Assembly (NCBI GenBank): GCA_965140785.1
Contig: OZ223518.1
Location: forward strand, 32,001-96,000
DNA: 64,000 nucleotides
From: an uncultured Ruficoccus sp.
GTDB taxonomy: Bacteria; Verrucomicrobiota; Verrucomicrobiia; Opitutales; Cerasicoccaceae
Reading direction: 5' to 3'
Shown: piece after piece, positions 18,022 to 27,580 of the stretch
Numbering within the stretch: position 1 is the stretch's first letter
Layout: every line of letters begins with the position of its first letter
Made by a program: the position numbers and the translations under genes
The notes under the pieces: generated by a model
What the model was told of the DNA's origin: nothing
The model's database searches: none
Seen by the model: the letters and a program-made list of their open reading frames with translations, nothing else

Positions 18022-19647
18022 TTAGCGTCCGTCGGTGCCGACGGAGCCGGGGTTGCGCTTCTCGGCGACCTGCTGGAGATCGGAGGCGGTACTGGCAGCA
18101 GTGGAAGCCGGGGCGGTTCCGGATGAAGGCTGGGGCGGCGGGCTGGCGCTCGTCGTGTCGCCGGGGGACTGGTTGTCCGCGCCGGTGCCCGGAGCGTCAG
18201 TAGCGGGTGCCGCTTGGGAGCCGGAGGAAGCGGCGTCCGTCTGGCCGGAGGCCGGGGTGGCGGGGGGTGGCGTGGCAGCCTTGCCGCTCGTATCTGTGGA
18301 GGAGGACTTATCCGGTGCGGAGGCGTCGGAAGGAGAAGTGTTGGTGGACGATTTCACCGGAGTGGCGTCGGCGTCCGAGTCTGCGGTGTCCGTGGCCGGA
18401 GCCGGGGAGGGCGTGGGGGCATCGCTGCCAGTGGCGTCCGTTTTGCTGCTGTCGGGCTTGGATGTATCGGGCGAGGCCTGTGCGGGCTGGTTTTTCTCGC
18501 CGGTTTCAATGGCGGCCTTGGCCTTGCGGTAGGCGACGACCTGCTTGTCCTTCTCGTCGAGCGGATCGGTCATGATGATGACGGTCGCGCTCATGCCGGG
18601 AAGCATACGGGCCTTTTGGCTGGGATCGAGAATGCGGATACGCACCGGGATGAGGGCCTCGGTCTTGATAAAGTTGCCGGAAGCGTTGTTGCGCGGGATG
18701 AGGGCGAACTCGGACCCGGCGGCCGGGCTGATGCTCTCGACCTCTCCGTAGAAAGTTTCGTTCGGGAAGGCGTCGAGCGAGAGGATGACCGGGTAGTCGA
18801 TCTTCACCTGTTCGATTTTGCTCTCCTTGATGTTGGCTGTGACCCAGGTGTCGGTCTTGGAAACAACGGCCATGAGGTACTGGTTGGACTGGACGAGGAC
18901 GCCGGGGCTGATGTTTTTCTGGGCCACGTAGCCCTCAATCGGGCTGCGGATGGAGGTGTTGATCAGGCGTAGTTTCGCCTGCTCGAGTTCGGCCTTGGCC
19001 TGATCAAGATTGTAGTCACCCAGGCGCTGGCTGGCCTGCTCCTCGGCGAGCTGCTTCTGTGCGAAAAGAGACTGCTTCTCCAGGGTGTTGACGTTGGCCA
19101 TCCACGAGTCGATGTCCGAGAGGGCTTTGGTGTACTGGGACTGGACGAAACCGGGCTTGTCCTTCTGCGCCTCCAGGTCCTTGGCCTTTTGCTGGGCCTC
19201 GGCGAGATTGTCCTTGGCCTCGCTCAACTGTGCGTTGATGAGCTGGAGGTTGGCCTGGGCGCTCTGGAGCTGGGCGGCGTTGAGGCCGGGCTGCTTCTCG
19301 GTGCCGAGCTTGGACTGGACGAGGTCGAAGTTGGCCTGCGCGCGCTGGACCTCCCACTGGTAGAAATTGTTGTCAAGCTGGACAAGGGTCTGATCGGCTT
19401 TGACAAGGTCGTTCTCGTGAAGCTCGACGGCGGTCACATAGCCCTGTTCGGGGGCGAAAATTTTCACCACGAGGCTTTTGACCTCGGCGTTGTCGGTGGT
19501 GACGCGGGTGCGCTCCTTTTGCCACTCCACATAGCCGAACCAGGCGAAGCCGGCGGCGCCGATGATGACGAGCGGCCACAGCAGCTTGGCGACCAGCGGA
19601 TGCAGTTTGGGCTTGGATTTAGCCCCAGTTTCGTTTTTCTCCTCCAT
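18022..19647 (-). CDS. HlyD/EmrA-family membrane fusion protein with long low-complexity C-terminal tail
   Basis: N-terminal TM, TDNA, IRSPIEG, SPAAGSEFALIPRNNASGNFIK. Confidence 0.9.
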   Translation of the reverse strand: MEEKNETGAKSKPKLHPLVAKLLWPLVIIGAAGFAWFGYVEWQKERTRVTTDNAEVKSLVVKIFAPEQGYVTAVELHENDLVKADQTLVQLDNNFYQWEVQRAQANFDLVQSKLGTEKQPGLNAAQLQSAQANLQLINAQLSEAKDNLAEAQQKAKDLEAQKDKPGFVQSQYTKALSDIDSWMANVNTLEKQSLFAQKQLAEEQASQRLGDYNLDQAKAELEQAKLRLINTSIRSPIEGYVAQKNISPGVLVQSNQYLMAVVSKTDTWVTANIKESKIEQVKIDYPVILSLDAFPNETFYGEVESISPAAGSEFALIPRNNASGNFIKTEALIPVRIRILDPSQKARMLPGMSATVIIMTDPLDEKDKQVVAYRKAKAAIETGEKNQPAQASPDTSKPDSSKTDATGSDAPTPSPAPATDTADSDADATPVKSSTNTSPSDASAPDKSSSTDTSGKAATPPPATPASGQTDAASSGSQAAPATDAPGTGADNQSPGDTTSASPPPQPSSGTAPASTAASTASDLQQVAEKRNPGSVGTDGR

Positions 19648-19813
19648 TATTAGTATTACGCATGGCGGCGAGGCCCTGCTGAGGCAACACTTTATGCCCG
19701 CGGAGAGCCTTTCCGCGAAAAAGGTACGTAAGAAAGGTTGACATGCGGGGGTAAAAAGCCTTTTTTCTCCTGCTTTTCCCAAAAGAACCCGCAGAAAACA
19801 GAATACTTTTTAC

Positions 19814-20242
19814 ATGGCACTCCGAATCAGATTGCAGCGTCACGGCGCTTCCCACTCGCCGGTTTATCGCATGGTTGTGACCGAATCCAGCCATCGCCGC
19901 GACGGCCGCCACGCCGAAGTTATCGGCCACTATAACCCGAAGGCCCGCGGCCAGGACACCGAGCTCAATCTCAAGCTCGAGCGCGTGGACTACTGGCTCG
20001 GCGTTGGAGCTCAGCCCTCCGATACCGCCCGCACCCTGATCAACCGCGCCCGCCGCGAAGGTGGCGTGATCGCCGCTTCCGTGCCCGCCCCGCAGCCGGC
20101 CAAGCAAGCCGAAGCCGCCGCTCCCAAGGCCGAGGAAGCCAAGCCCGAAGCTCCCGCCGAAGAGCCCAAGGCCGAAGCTCCCGCCGCTGAAGAAGCTCCC
20201 GCCAAGGAAGCTGCCTCGGAAGAGGAAAAGCCCCAGGCTTAA
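19814..20242 (+). CDS. rpsP: 30S ribosomal protein S16 with Ala/Glu/Pro-rich extension
   Basis: IRLQRHG...YRMVV..RRDGR..IGHYNP...GAQPSDT. Confidence 0.97.
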   Translation: MALRIRLQRHGASHSPVYRMVVTESSHRRDGRHAEVIGHYNPKARGQDTELNLKLERVDYWLGVGAQPSDTARTLINRARREGGVIAASVPAPQPAKQAEAAAPKAEEAKPEAPAEEPKAEAPAAEEAPAKEAASEEEKPQA

Positions 20243-20265
20243 GCGACTTTTAGATATTTTGCCCG

Positions 20266-20301
20266 AAACGGCTTCTCGACGGAGAAGCCGTTTTTTGTTT
20301 T
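20266..20301 (+). terminator. Rho-independent terminator
   Basis: aaacggcttctc-GACG-gagaagccgttt plus T-run. Confidence 0.85.
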
Positions 20302-20316
20302 CCTCGTTGGCAACGC

Positions 20317-20919
20317 ATGAAGGCCGTTCTGATTTTTTTGTGTTTGCTTCTGTCCACTCAGATGGCAGGAGCCAATGAGCCGTACGACAATTTCAGGTTA
20401 GCGCTGATTGGCTATTTGCGGGCGTTTGAAACATTATCTGTTTCCGATGACTCAGCGCTCAATGCGCAACTCGTTCGAAAGGCTGGTTTTGACCTACAGC
20501 AGAGTTGGGACAAGGCAAAATCCTATGTGGAAGAAACCGACCCGGAGCTTGGCGAATACCTCAACCCGCGGGTGAGGTTCCTTGTCTTGGCAACTTACAT
20601 GATCCAATACGACCCAGAATTGGACAGAACTCTGCCTTTAGGCTCCAGTTCGTATACGGATGCGTGGAAGCAGGGGTATGCTGATGCGTATAAGCAGACG
20701 CCACAAAGCTATATTTCTGACCTAACTAAGCGTCTTCAGGGGGTACATCCGGACGAGAAATTTCAACTCAAGAACGGTTTGCTGTACTCTAAACACGTTA
20801 TGTTTATGGCGGATGCCATTTCTGTTTCGCTGCTTGAAACGATTCAGGCGACTATGGGGAAGCCTGTTCTTCAACAGCAAATTGACGCAATTCTGGAGCC
20901 GAAGAGCCAGGCTGACTGA
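20317..20919 (+). CDS. Hypothetical secreted protein (AT-richer orphan)
   Basis: Signal peptide MKAVLIFLCLLLSTQMAGA; no recognisable domain. Confidence 0.7.
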   Translation: MKAVLIFLCLLLSTQMAGANEPYDNFRLALIGYLRAFETLSVSDDSALNAQLVRKAGFDLQQSWDKAKSYVEETDPELGEYLNPRVRFLVLATYMIQYDPELDRTLPLGSSSYTDAWKQGYADAYKQTPQSYISDLTKRLQGVHPDEKFQLKNGLLYSKHVMFMADAISVSLLETIQATMGKPVLQQQIDAILEPKSQAD

Positions 20920-20929
20920 TTTCTTTATC

Positions 20930-21604
20930 ATGTTGAACACAATCGACCTGTTGACGCTTTTTCCGAAAATGGCGGAGGGCTTCCTGACCGAGAGCATTCT
21001 CGGGCGGGCCGTGGCGCAGGGGCTGATGTCGATCAATGTGCACAACCTGCGCGACTGGTCCACGGACAAGCATCACCGCGTGGACGACCGGCCCTTCGGG
21101 GGCGGGGCGGGGATGGTGCTGATGCCCGAGCCGCTTTTTGCCGCCATTGAGGAGATCAAAACCCCCGAGACAACAACGATTTACCTATGCCCGGACGGTG
21201 AGCCGCTCTCCACCCCGATGGCCCGTGAACTGGCCGAGCTGCCCCACCTGCTGCTGGTCAGCGGGCATTACGAGGGGGTGGACCAACGGGTGCGCGACGC
21301 GCTGGTGGACCGAGAGGTTTCCATCGGCGATTACGTCCTGACCAACGGCACGTTGCCGGCGGCGGTCCTGATTGACTGCGTGGTGCGGCAGATCCCGGGT
21401 GTTTTAGGTGAAGAAAAATCCTTGACGCAGGACAGCTTCAACGACAATTTCCTCACTTTTCCTCAATTCACGCGCCCGGCGGATTACCGCGGAATGAAGG
21501 TTCCGGAGGTCCTGCTCAGCGGAGACCATGCGGCCATCGAGCGTTGGAGAGAGGAAGAAAGAAGAAGGCAGACCCGCCTCCGGCGGCCCGATCTTAACGC
21601 ATAA
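20930..21604 (+). CDS. trmD: tRNA (guanine37-N1)-methyltransferase
   Basis: VDDRPFGGGAGMVL, GHYEGVDQRV, SIGDYVLTNG. Confidence 0.97.
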   Translation: MLNTIDLLTLFPKMAEGFLTESILGRAVAQGLMSINVHNLRDWSTDKHHRVDDRPFGGGAGMVLMPEPLFAAIEEIKTPETTTIYLCPDGEPLSTPMARELAELPHLLLVSGHYEGVDQRVRDALVDREVSIGDYVLTNGTLPAAVLIDCVVRQIPGVLGEEKSLTQDSFNDNFLTFPQFTRPADYRGMKVPEVLLSGDHAAIERWREEERRRQTRLRRPDLNA

Positions 21605-21642
21605 TTTAGTATCCATCCGGATATCCAGAACCACCTTTCGCC

Positions 21643-22014
21643 ATGCAAGCGATTCTCGAAAACATCACTCAAGACCAACTCAAGACCGACCTCGTTAAGT
21701 TCAAGGTCGGCGACGGCGTGCGCGTCCACACCAAGGTGCGCGAAGGCGACAAGGAACGTATCCAGATCTTCGCTGGCATCGTGATTTGCCGCAAGGGCCG
21801 GGGCATTGCCGAGACTTTCACCGTGCGCCGCATCTCCTACGGCGAAGGCGTGGAGCGCGTTTTCCCCGTCAACTCCCCCAACATCGAAAAGATCGAGGTG
21901 GACCGCGAATCCGTGACCATGCGCGCCCGCATGTACTACCTGCGTGGCCGTATCGGCAAGCAGGCTAACAAGGTGAAGGAAAAGCGCCTCGTCGAGGCCG
22001 GCCGCGGCCGCTAA
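21643..22014 (+). CDS. rplS: 50S ribosomal protein L19
   Basis: [33 protein letters not shown]. Confidence 0.97.
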   Translation: MQAILENITQDQLKTDLVKFKVGDGVRVHTKVREGDKERIQIFAGIVICRKGRGIAETFTVRRISYGEGVERVFPVNSPNIEKIEVDRESVTMRARMYYLRGRIGKQANKVKEKRLVEAGRGR

Positions 22015-22046
22015 ACCCCGCGTTCACCCAACCCGTTCTATTTCCC

Positions 22047-22559
22047 ATGGCAACGACAGACATTCTTCTTCTCGAACCCGTCACCGGCCTCGGTGGCGAA
22101 GGCGACCAGGTCACCGTCAAGGCTGGCTACGCCCGTAATTTCCTCCTCCCGCGCAAGGTGGCCCTCCCGGTCAACCGCGCCAACCAGAAGTACATCGACG
22201 CCCTCCAGAAGCGCCGCGCCGAGCGCGAAGCCAAGGAACTGGGTAACGCCCAGGAGCTCGCCGCCAAGATCGAAAAGGTCGGTATCGCCATCGCGGTCAA
22301 GACCGGCGAAGGCGGCAAGATGTTCGGCTCGGTCACTTCGCAGGACCTGATCGACCGCCTCAAGGAAGACGGCATCGAGCTCGAGCGCAAGCAGCTCAAC
22401 CTCTACACCCCGGTCAAGAGCCTGGGCAAGCACACCACCAAGGTGAAGCTGCATCCGGAAATTTCCGTCGAGTTCGAGTGGGAAGTCGTTTCCGAGAACC
22501 CGATCGAAGAGACCGAGGACGCCGAGGTCGCCGCCGAGGAAGCCCCCAAGGCCGAGTAG
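22047..22559 (+). CDS. rplI: 50S ribosomal protein L9
   Basis: LGGEGDQVTVKAGYARNFLLP, GKMFGSVT, KLHPE. Confidence 0.97.
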   Translation: MATTDILLLEPVTGLGGEGDQVTVKAGYARNFLLPRKVALPVNRANQKYIDALQKRRAEREAKELGNAQELAAKIEKVGIAIAVKTGEGGKMFGSVTSQDLIDRLKEDGIELERKQLNLYTPVKSLGKHTTKVKLHPEISVEFEWEVVSENPIEETEDAEVAAEEAPKAE

Positions 22560-22563
22560 CAAC

Positions 22564-22604
22564 AGGCAGGACAGGAGTCCTCCACCTGTGATCTTTCGGA
22601 TCAC
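22564..22604 (+). repeat. Two-hairpin element (H2-H3 type)
   Basis: aggcAGGAC-agga-GTCCTccacctGTGATC-tttcg-GATCAC; near copy at 55205. Confidence 0.7.
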
Positions 22605-22655
22605 TGATGGCTTTACTCAGACAAAGCCATGGGCCGCAAAGAAATCCTTTTATGC

Positions 22656-22689
22656 AAAACCTCCGTCCGGTACCGGGCGGAGGTTTTTT
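22656..22689 (+). terminator. Rho-independent terminator (possibly bidirectional)
   Basis: aaaacctccgtccgg-ta-ccgggcggaggtttttt. Confidence 0.8.
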
Positions 22690-22801
22690 GTGTTCAGCTA
22701 TTCTGCGGGAAGGTCTGACAGAGCCGGAGCATATGTCTCCGGTCTTTCTTTACGTCCTTCCTGTTAAAAGCCGCTTTTTGTCCGGCACGTTGAAGGCAGT
22801 C

Positions 22802-24346
22802 TTAAGCCAAGTCGGCGTCGGCTTCTTCCTCTTCGGCGAGTTCCTTCTCGGTCGGGCGGGCGCCGATCTTATCGAGGCTGATGCCCTTGGTCTCGATCGC
22901 GAATATGGTTGTGATGACCGCGCCTAGTATAGACGCGCCGACCAGGCCGTAGAGGAGTAGCTTATCGCCGATGTCCTGGAGCAGGATGGGGAAGAGAAAC
23001 GCAGTCATGACGGCTCCGATCTTGGCAAAGGAGGCGGCGAAGCCCGCGCCCTTGCCACGGATGTGGGTGGGGAAGACCTCGCCCGCGATGAGGTAGGTCA
23101 TGGCGTTGGGGCCGAGGTTGGTCATGAAGAAAAAGAGCATGAACCCGGCGAAGAGGAGCGGCATGTTATTGCTGCCGTCCGCCTGGAGGGAGAGGGCGGC
23201 CAGCAAGAGCCCGACCGCGCAGCCGATGAAGCCGATGACCTGGAGCTTGATGCGGCCCAGCCTATCGACCAGCAGGATAGCGAAAATAATCCCCACGACG
23301 AAGAGCAGGTCCATCAGGGCTGAGCCCTTGGCGGCAAGCATGTCGTTGTGGATGATGTCGGACAGGCTGGTGTTGACGCGCTGCTGACCGATCAAGGTTG
23401 CCAGGATGGTGGGGGTGAAGATGCCGATCCCGTAGGTGGCCAGGTCCTGAATAAACCAGGGGACCGACGCGAGAATGGTGGCCTTGCGGTGCTGCTTGCT
23501 GAAGAGCGTAGCGTAACCGCAGCGGGGGCGTTGGGCCCCGTCTTTATGGGGGTTGCTCAGCTTGATCTCGCGGGGATACTGGGGGCGGCGGCGCAGCAGC
23601 CGGTGGGTGGCCTTTTCCGCCTCCTGAATGCGGCCGCGGGAAACCAGCCAGTGGCCGCTGTCGGTGACGTAGAAGCGCCCGACGATGACCAGGATAGCCG
23701 GGATGATCGCGCTGGCGTACATCCAGCGCCAGGCGTTTTCGACCGGGTCGCCGGCCAGGATCGCGTAGCCGATGGCGGTGCCGATGAGGGCGCCGACCGC
23801 CTGAAAGGCGAAGGCGCTCAGCACCAGCCGCCCACGGGCGGTGGTCGGAATGCTCTCGGAGATGACCATGTGCGCGGTCGGATAGTCACAGCCCAGCGCG
23901 ACGCCGATGCCGAACAGAAAGACCACGACCCAGGTGAAGCCGGGTGCGAGCGACAGGGCGATGAGGAACACGGTGAAGATCACCATCTCCGCGATGAACA
24001 TGCGCTTGCGCCCGAAGACATCGGCCAATCCGCCCAGGGCCGTCGCGCCCACCAGGATACCGGCGAGGGTGGCGGCGGTGACAAAGCCCTTGGAGGAGGC
24101 TGCGAGGTCGAACTCACGGGAAAGCAGGGGCAGCGCCACCCCGGTCATGAACACGACCATGCCCTCGAAGAACTTTCCGGCGCAAGCCAGCGCCCAGATG
24201 CGCCACTGCATTTGCGTCATCGGGGCAGTGGGAACACGGGTGCCATCCGCCCACATCGGGCATTCGTCGATGTAGTCCTGAACCGAGCGTTCCCGGGCCG
24301 GCTGGCCGGGGTCCGGTTGGAGGCGGGTGACGGGATTTTCAGACAT
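22802..24346 (-). CDS. MFS transporter (sugar-porter-like)
   Basis: GGLADVFGRKR, ESIPTTARG, VDRLGR, GEVFPTHIRG. Confidence 0.9.
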   Translation of the reverse strand: MSENPVTRLQPDPGQPARERSVQDYIDECPMWADGTRVPTAPMTQMQWRIWALACAGKFFEGMVVFMTGVALPLLSREFDLAASSKGFVTAATLAGILVGATALGGLADVFGRKRMFIAEMVIFTVFLIALSLAPGFTWVVVFLFGIGVALGCDYPTAHMVISESIPTTARGRLVLSAFAFQAVGALIGTAIGYAILAGDPVENAWRWMYASAIIPAILVIVGRFYVTDSGHWLVSRGRIQEAEKATHRLLRRRPQYPREIKLSNPHKDGAQRPRCGYATLFSKQHRKATILASVPWFIQDLATYGIGIFTPTILATLIGQQRVNTSLSDIIHNDMLAAKGSALMDLLFVVGIIFAILLVDRLGRIKLQVIGFIGCAVGLLLAALSLQADGSNNMPLLFAGFMLFFFMTNLGPNAMTYLIAGEVFPTHIRGKGAGFAASFAKIGAVMTAFLFPILLQDIGDKLLLYGLVGASILGAVITTIFAIETKGISLDKIGARPTEKELAEEEEADADLA

Positions 24347-24565
24347 GGCAGCTATATCGATAAGCAGCACTTCCGTCCAACCCGCGCAATCCTTATCCCG
24401 GATCGTTGCCTAATCTTAACATGTCACAGCAGCAGGGCGCTTTCTTTTTGATCAAGGATTTTAGCGGAGAATTGAATTTCAAAAATACGTTAGCTTTTAT
24501 GCATACTGCCAGTTCTCATGGGGTTGCGCTAGGTGTCGGTGGCCGGGTTTGTGCCCTGCGGGCAC

Positions 24566-24599
24566 AAAAAAGCTGCCGGAGGGTGAAATCCGGCAGCTT
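24566..24599 (-). terminator. Rho-independent terminator after clpP
   Basis: Stem aagctgccgga/tccggcagctt with an A-run on the + strand. Confidence 0.8.
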
Positions 24600-24687
24600 G
24601 GAAAGGGGGCAGGGCGTGGAAGGGATGTCCCTCCCCTTTCCCGGCCTGTCTGAATGCGCAAGCGCTCGTAGGTGGTCTGTGCGCCCT

Positions 24688-25308
24688 CTAGAGGGACTCT
24701 ACGATCTTGTCCACGAGGCCGTATTTGATGGCCTCGGGAGCGGTCAGGTAAAAGTCGCGGTCGGTGTCCCTGGCGATATTTTCCAGCGGCTGACCGGAGG
24801 AGGCGGCGAGGATGTTGTTGAGCTCGACGCGGAGCTTTTCCATTTCCTCGGCCTGGATGTTAATGTCCACGGCGGGGGCGACGATGCGACCCATGATCAG
24901 CGGTTGGTGGATGAGCACGCGGGCATGGGGGAAGATGAAGCGGTTGCCCTTGTCCGCGCCGCACAGGAGGATCGAGCCCATGCTGGCGGCCATACCGGTG
25001 ACGGTGACGCGGATGGGCGAGTTGAGCAGCTTCATCGTGTCATAGACGGCCATGCCGGCAGTGATGGAGCCGCCGGGGGAGTTGATGTAGAAGTCGATGG
25101 GCTCGCCGGGCTTGTCGCAGTCCATGTAGAGGAGCTTTTCCATCACCTCCTGCATGGACTCGTCATTGACCTCGCCCCAGAGGAAAATTTTGCGCTGTTC
25201 GAGGAATTTCTTCTCTACCAGCATGCGGAAGCCGCCCTTGGACTCTTCCTTGCCTTTTTCTTCGCATCCGCCGTCGAAGCGGGCTGTGTCTGTATCGAAT
25301 TTCGTCAT
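24688..25308 (-). CDS. clpP: ATP-dependent Clp protease proteolytic subunit
   Basis: YINSPGGS, AASMGS (Ser), IHQP (His), DTDRDFY (Asp). Confidence 0.95.
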   Translation of the reverse strand: MTKFDTDTARFDGGCEEKGKEESKGGFRMLVEKKFLEQRKIFLWGEVNDESMQEVMEKLLYMDCDKPGEPIDFYINSPGGSITAGMAVYDTMKLLNSPIRVTVTGMAASMGSILLCGADKGNRFIFPHARVLIHQPLIMGRIVAPAVDINIQAEEMEKLRVELNNILAASSGQPLENIARDTDRDFYLTAPEAIKYGLVDKIVESL

Positions 25309-25567
25309 AAGAGTGAGCTTGGAAATTGCGGGAGTAATTCCCGGGGGACTCATTGGGTACCTTGCGGTCATGAAGAGGCCGGTCAGTGTCCGTTATGTCC
25401 TTTGCATGATTAACGTAGGCATGATGCGCGGATTTACCAATCAAAAATGCGAATGTCTGCTCGGGGAGGGCGGGGGGCAAGATAGCGGGCTGGCGATTGG
25501 CCTGGCAGAGGGCCCTAACGCGCAGTGGGTGATTTTCCGGAGTTAATGCGCAGGGCAAATATCCGAT

Positions 25568-25951
25568 GTGGGACGCATGTCTGTAACCATCGCCTCCTCT
25601 ATGCCAACCGCTGAAGCTGATGAAGAACCGGGCCGAACGGGCCTTCTCGACCGGCTCCGGCCCTGGGTACGCCTGGCCATCCGGCACGTCAACTGGGAGG
25701 AGGGCGAAGAGCTCCGCTCCCGTAAGATCCTGGTCCGGGCCCGTCCCGGTGTGGAGCTCGAACTGCTGAGCGAGGATCACGAGCGGTCCCGGTTTCACGC
25801 CAGTCTGAGCAGGCTGAACGAGCGCGGCTATTATCAGCTGAAAATCTGGCCCCGCACGACGCGTGATTATTGCGAGGATGACATCCAACTGCTGGCCACA
25901 CACCCCTCGGGGCGGGAAAAAATGTACACGATCCGCGCCTTGGTGGATTGA
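25568..25951 (+). CDS. Hypothetical protein (beta-rich)
   Basis: Host-like codon usage; fills the gap divergent from clpP; start uncertain. Confidence 0.55.
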   Translation: MGRMSVTIASSMPTAEADEEPGRTGLLDRLRPWVRLAIRHVNWEEGEELRSRKILVRARPGVELELLSEDHERSRFHASLSRLNERGYYQLKIWPRTTRDYCEDDIQLLATHPSGREKMYTIRALVD

Positions 25952-26110
25952 GGGGGCGTTTTCGCGAGTCCTAGTTGTCTGGCTGCCCCTCAGAGGGGCG
26001 GCTGACTGTATGGGACTGCCCTTGGAGGAGATCGGTTACGAACTTTCCTCTCCGTGCCGGTAAAACCGTCTGCGGCTTGACCTGCGAACGTGAGCCGCTT
26101 TGCTGTCTTT

Positions 26111-26779
26111 ATGAGGATGCCGATTCTTTTTGCGCTGGCTGGCGCGTTCGCGGCGGGAAGCAGCCTGCCCCTGTATGGCGGGCTGGAGTGGGAGCGTACC
26201 GAGTTTACCGCGCCTGCGGTCTTCGGCCAGGCTTCGCTGGAGGCGACGTACCCCTTTAAAAACACCGGGACCGAGCCGGTGCGTATCCTCAAGGTGAAAA
26301 CTTCCTGCGGCTGTACCTACGCCGCCGCCAGCCAGGAGGTGATCGCTCCGGGTGAATCGGCGGAGGTAGCCGCGTTCTTCGAGACCGAATCACGGGAGGG
26401 CCCGCAGTCCTCGACCATTACGGTCCTCACCGATGAGCCGGACGAGTCGGCGACGACTCTGCGCTTCCGTTCGGATATTCCTGCGGCGGCCGAGCTGCCG
26501 ACCCGTGTGGTCCGCTGGAAAGCCGCCGATCCGCGCGAGGCCAGGACATTTGCCATCACCGTCCAGCCCGGCGTGAGCCTGCAACTGCTTCCGCCCAAAC
26601 GCCCGCTGCCGGTGGAGGTGAAGCTGGAGAAAAATCAAGCGACCGACGGCAAGCCCGGCTACACCCTCACCCTGGCCCCGCTCGACGGCGATAGCGGCGC
26701 GGGGATTCTACCGCTGGAGGCCCACTGGGCCGGTGAAGGCAAGCGCCTCTATAATCTTTACGTCCGAGTGGACAAATAG
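26111..26779 (+). CDS. DUF1573-domain secreted protein
   Basis: FKNTGTEPVRI..VKTSCGCT......IAPGES. Confidence 0.85.
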   Translation: MRMPILFALAGAFAAGSSLPLYGGLEWERTEFTAPAVFGQASLEATYPFKNTGTEPVRILKVKTSCGCTYAAASQEVIAPGESAEVAAFFETESREGPQSSTITVLTDEPDESATTLRFRSDIPAAAELPTRVVRWKAADPREARTFAITVQPGVSLQLLPPKRPLPVEVKLEKNQATDGKPGYTLTLAPLDGDSGAGILPLEAHWAGEGKRLYNLYVRVDK

Positions 26780-26844
26780 AACACGGGGAAGGGACTGCTC
26801 TCCTCGTGTGGTGAATGCTAAGTTCCCAATATAATTGGCGGGTG

Positions 26845-26988
26845 CAGTTTGCATGTTTTGTCCCTCTGCGATTGAAGGGAACGGCTGAAGCCGTTCCCTT
26901 CAATCGCATACACGATGCCATCGGCATCGAACGTGCAGGCTTTGCCTGCCGCGGGTGCGGGCTGCGTAAGCCCGCAGAACATTCCGCC
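26845..26988 (-). other. Four-hairpin structured intergenic element, copy 2
   Basis: Reverse complement aligns hairpin-by-hairpin with 11518-11654; H4 is a perfect 19-bp stem at 26867-26908. Confidence 0.75.
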
Positions 26989-27008
26989 GAAGACTTTGAA
27001 GTCAGGCC

Positions 27009-27575
27009 CTAGATCAGGCCGAGCTCCATCTTGCCCTCTTCCGAGATCATGTCCTGATTCCACGGCGGGTCCCAGACGATATCCACCTGAGCCTCACTGA
27101 CGCCGGGGACGGACTCGACGCGGATGCGGGCATCCTCGGCGATGGCCGGTCCCATGCCGCAGCCGGGGGCGGTGAGGGTCATCTGGACGTTGACCTTGAA
27201 GCCGCCTTCCTCGCGCGGGTTGGAGTCGAGCGAGTACACCAGGCCGAGGTCCACGATGTTGACCGGGATCTCCGGGTCATAAACGGTCTTGAGCGCTTCC
27301 CACAGGGCGCCTTCGTCGGGCGGGCCGGAGTGGTCGGCGTCCGCAGCGGCAGGGGCGGTATCTTCGCTGTCGCCGCCGGGCTCGTCTTCACCGAGGGCGT
27401 CAGCGTCCTTGCCCAGGACACGGAACATCCCGTAGTCGCACACGATGGTAAAGTTGCCGCCGAGGCGGTGGGTGATGTCCACCTCCATGCCTTCGGGCAG
27501 GTTGATCTTGTCACCGGCAGGAATGACGGTGGCCTCGACTTCGCGGGTCAGGGTGCGGTGGTTGTCAGTAGGCAT
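27009..27575 (-). CDS. sufT: Fe-S assembly protein SufT (DUF59)
   Basis: [34 protein letters not shown]. Confidence 0.92.
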   Translation of the reverse strand: MPTDNHRTLTREVEATVIPAGDKINLPEGMEVDITHRLGGNFTIVCDYGMFRVLGKDADALGEDEPGGDSEDTAPAAADADHSGPPDEGALWEALKTVYDPEIPVNIVDLGLVYSLDSNPREEGGFKVNVQMTLTAPGCGMGPAIAEDARIRVESVPGVSEAQVDIVWDPPWNQDMISEEGKMELGLI

Positions 27576-27580
27576 GGCTG

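Noticed and set aside
22585..22620. Fluoride riboswitch-like TGATGG segment
   Set aside because: It lacks the 5' GGCGATG/GGTGATG pseudoknot partner and lies in a 3' UTR; better explained by the two-hairpin repeat.
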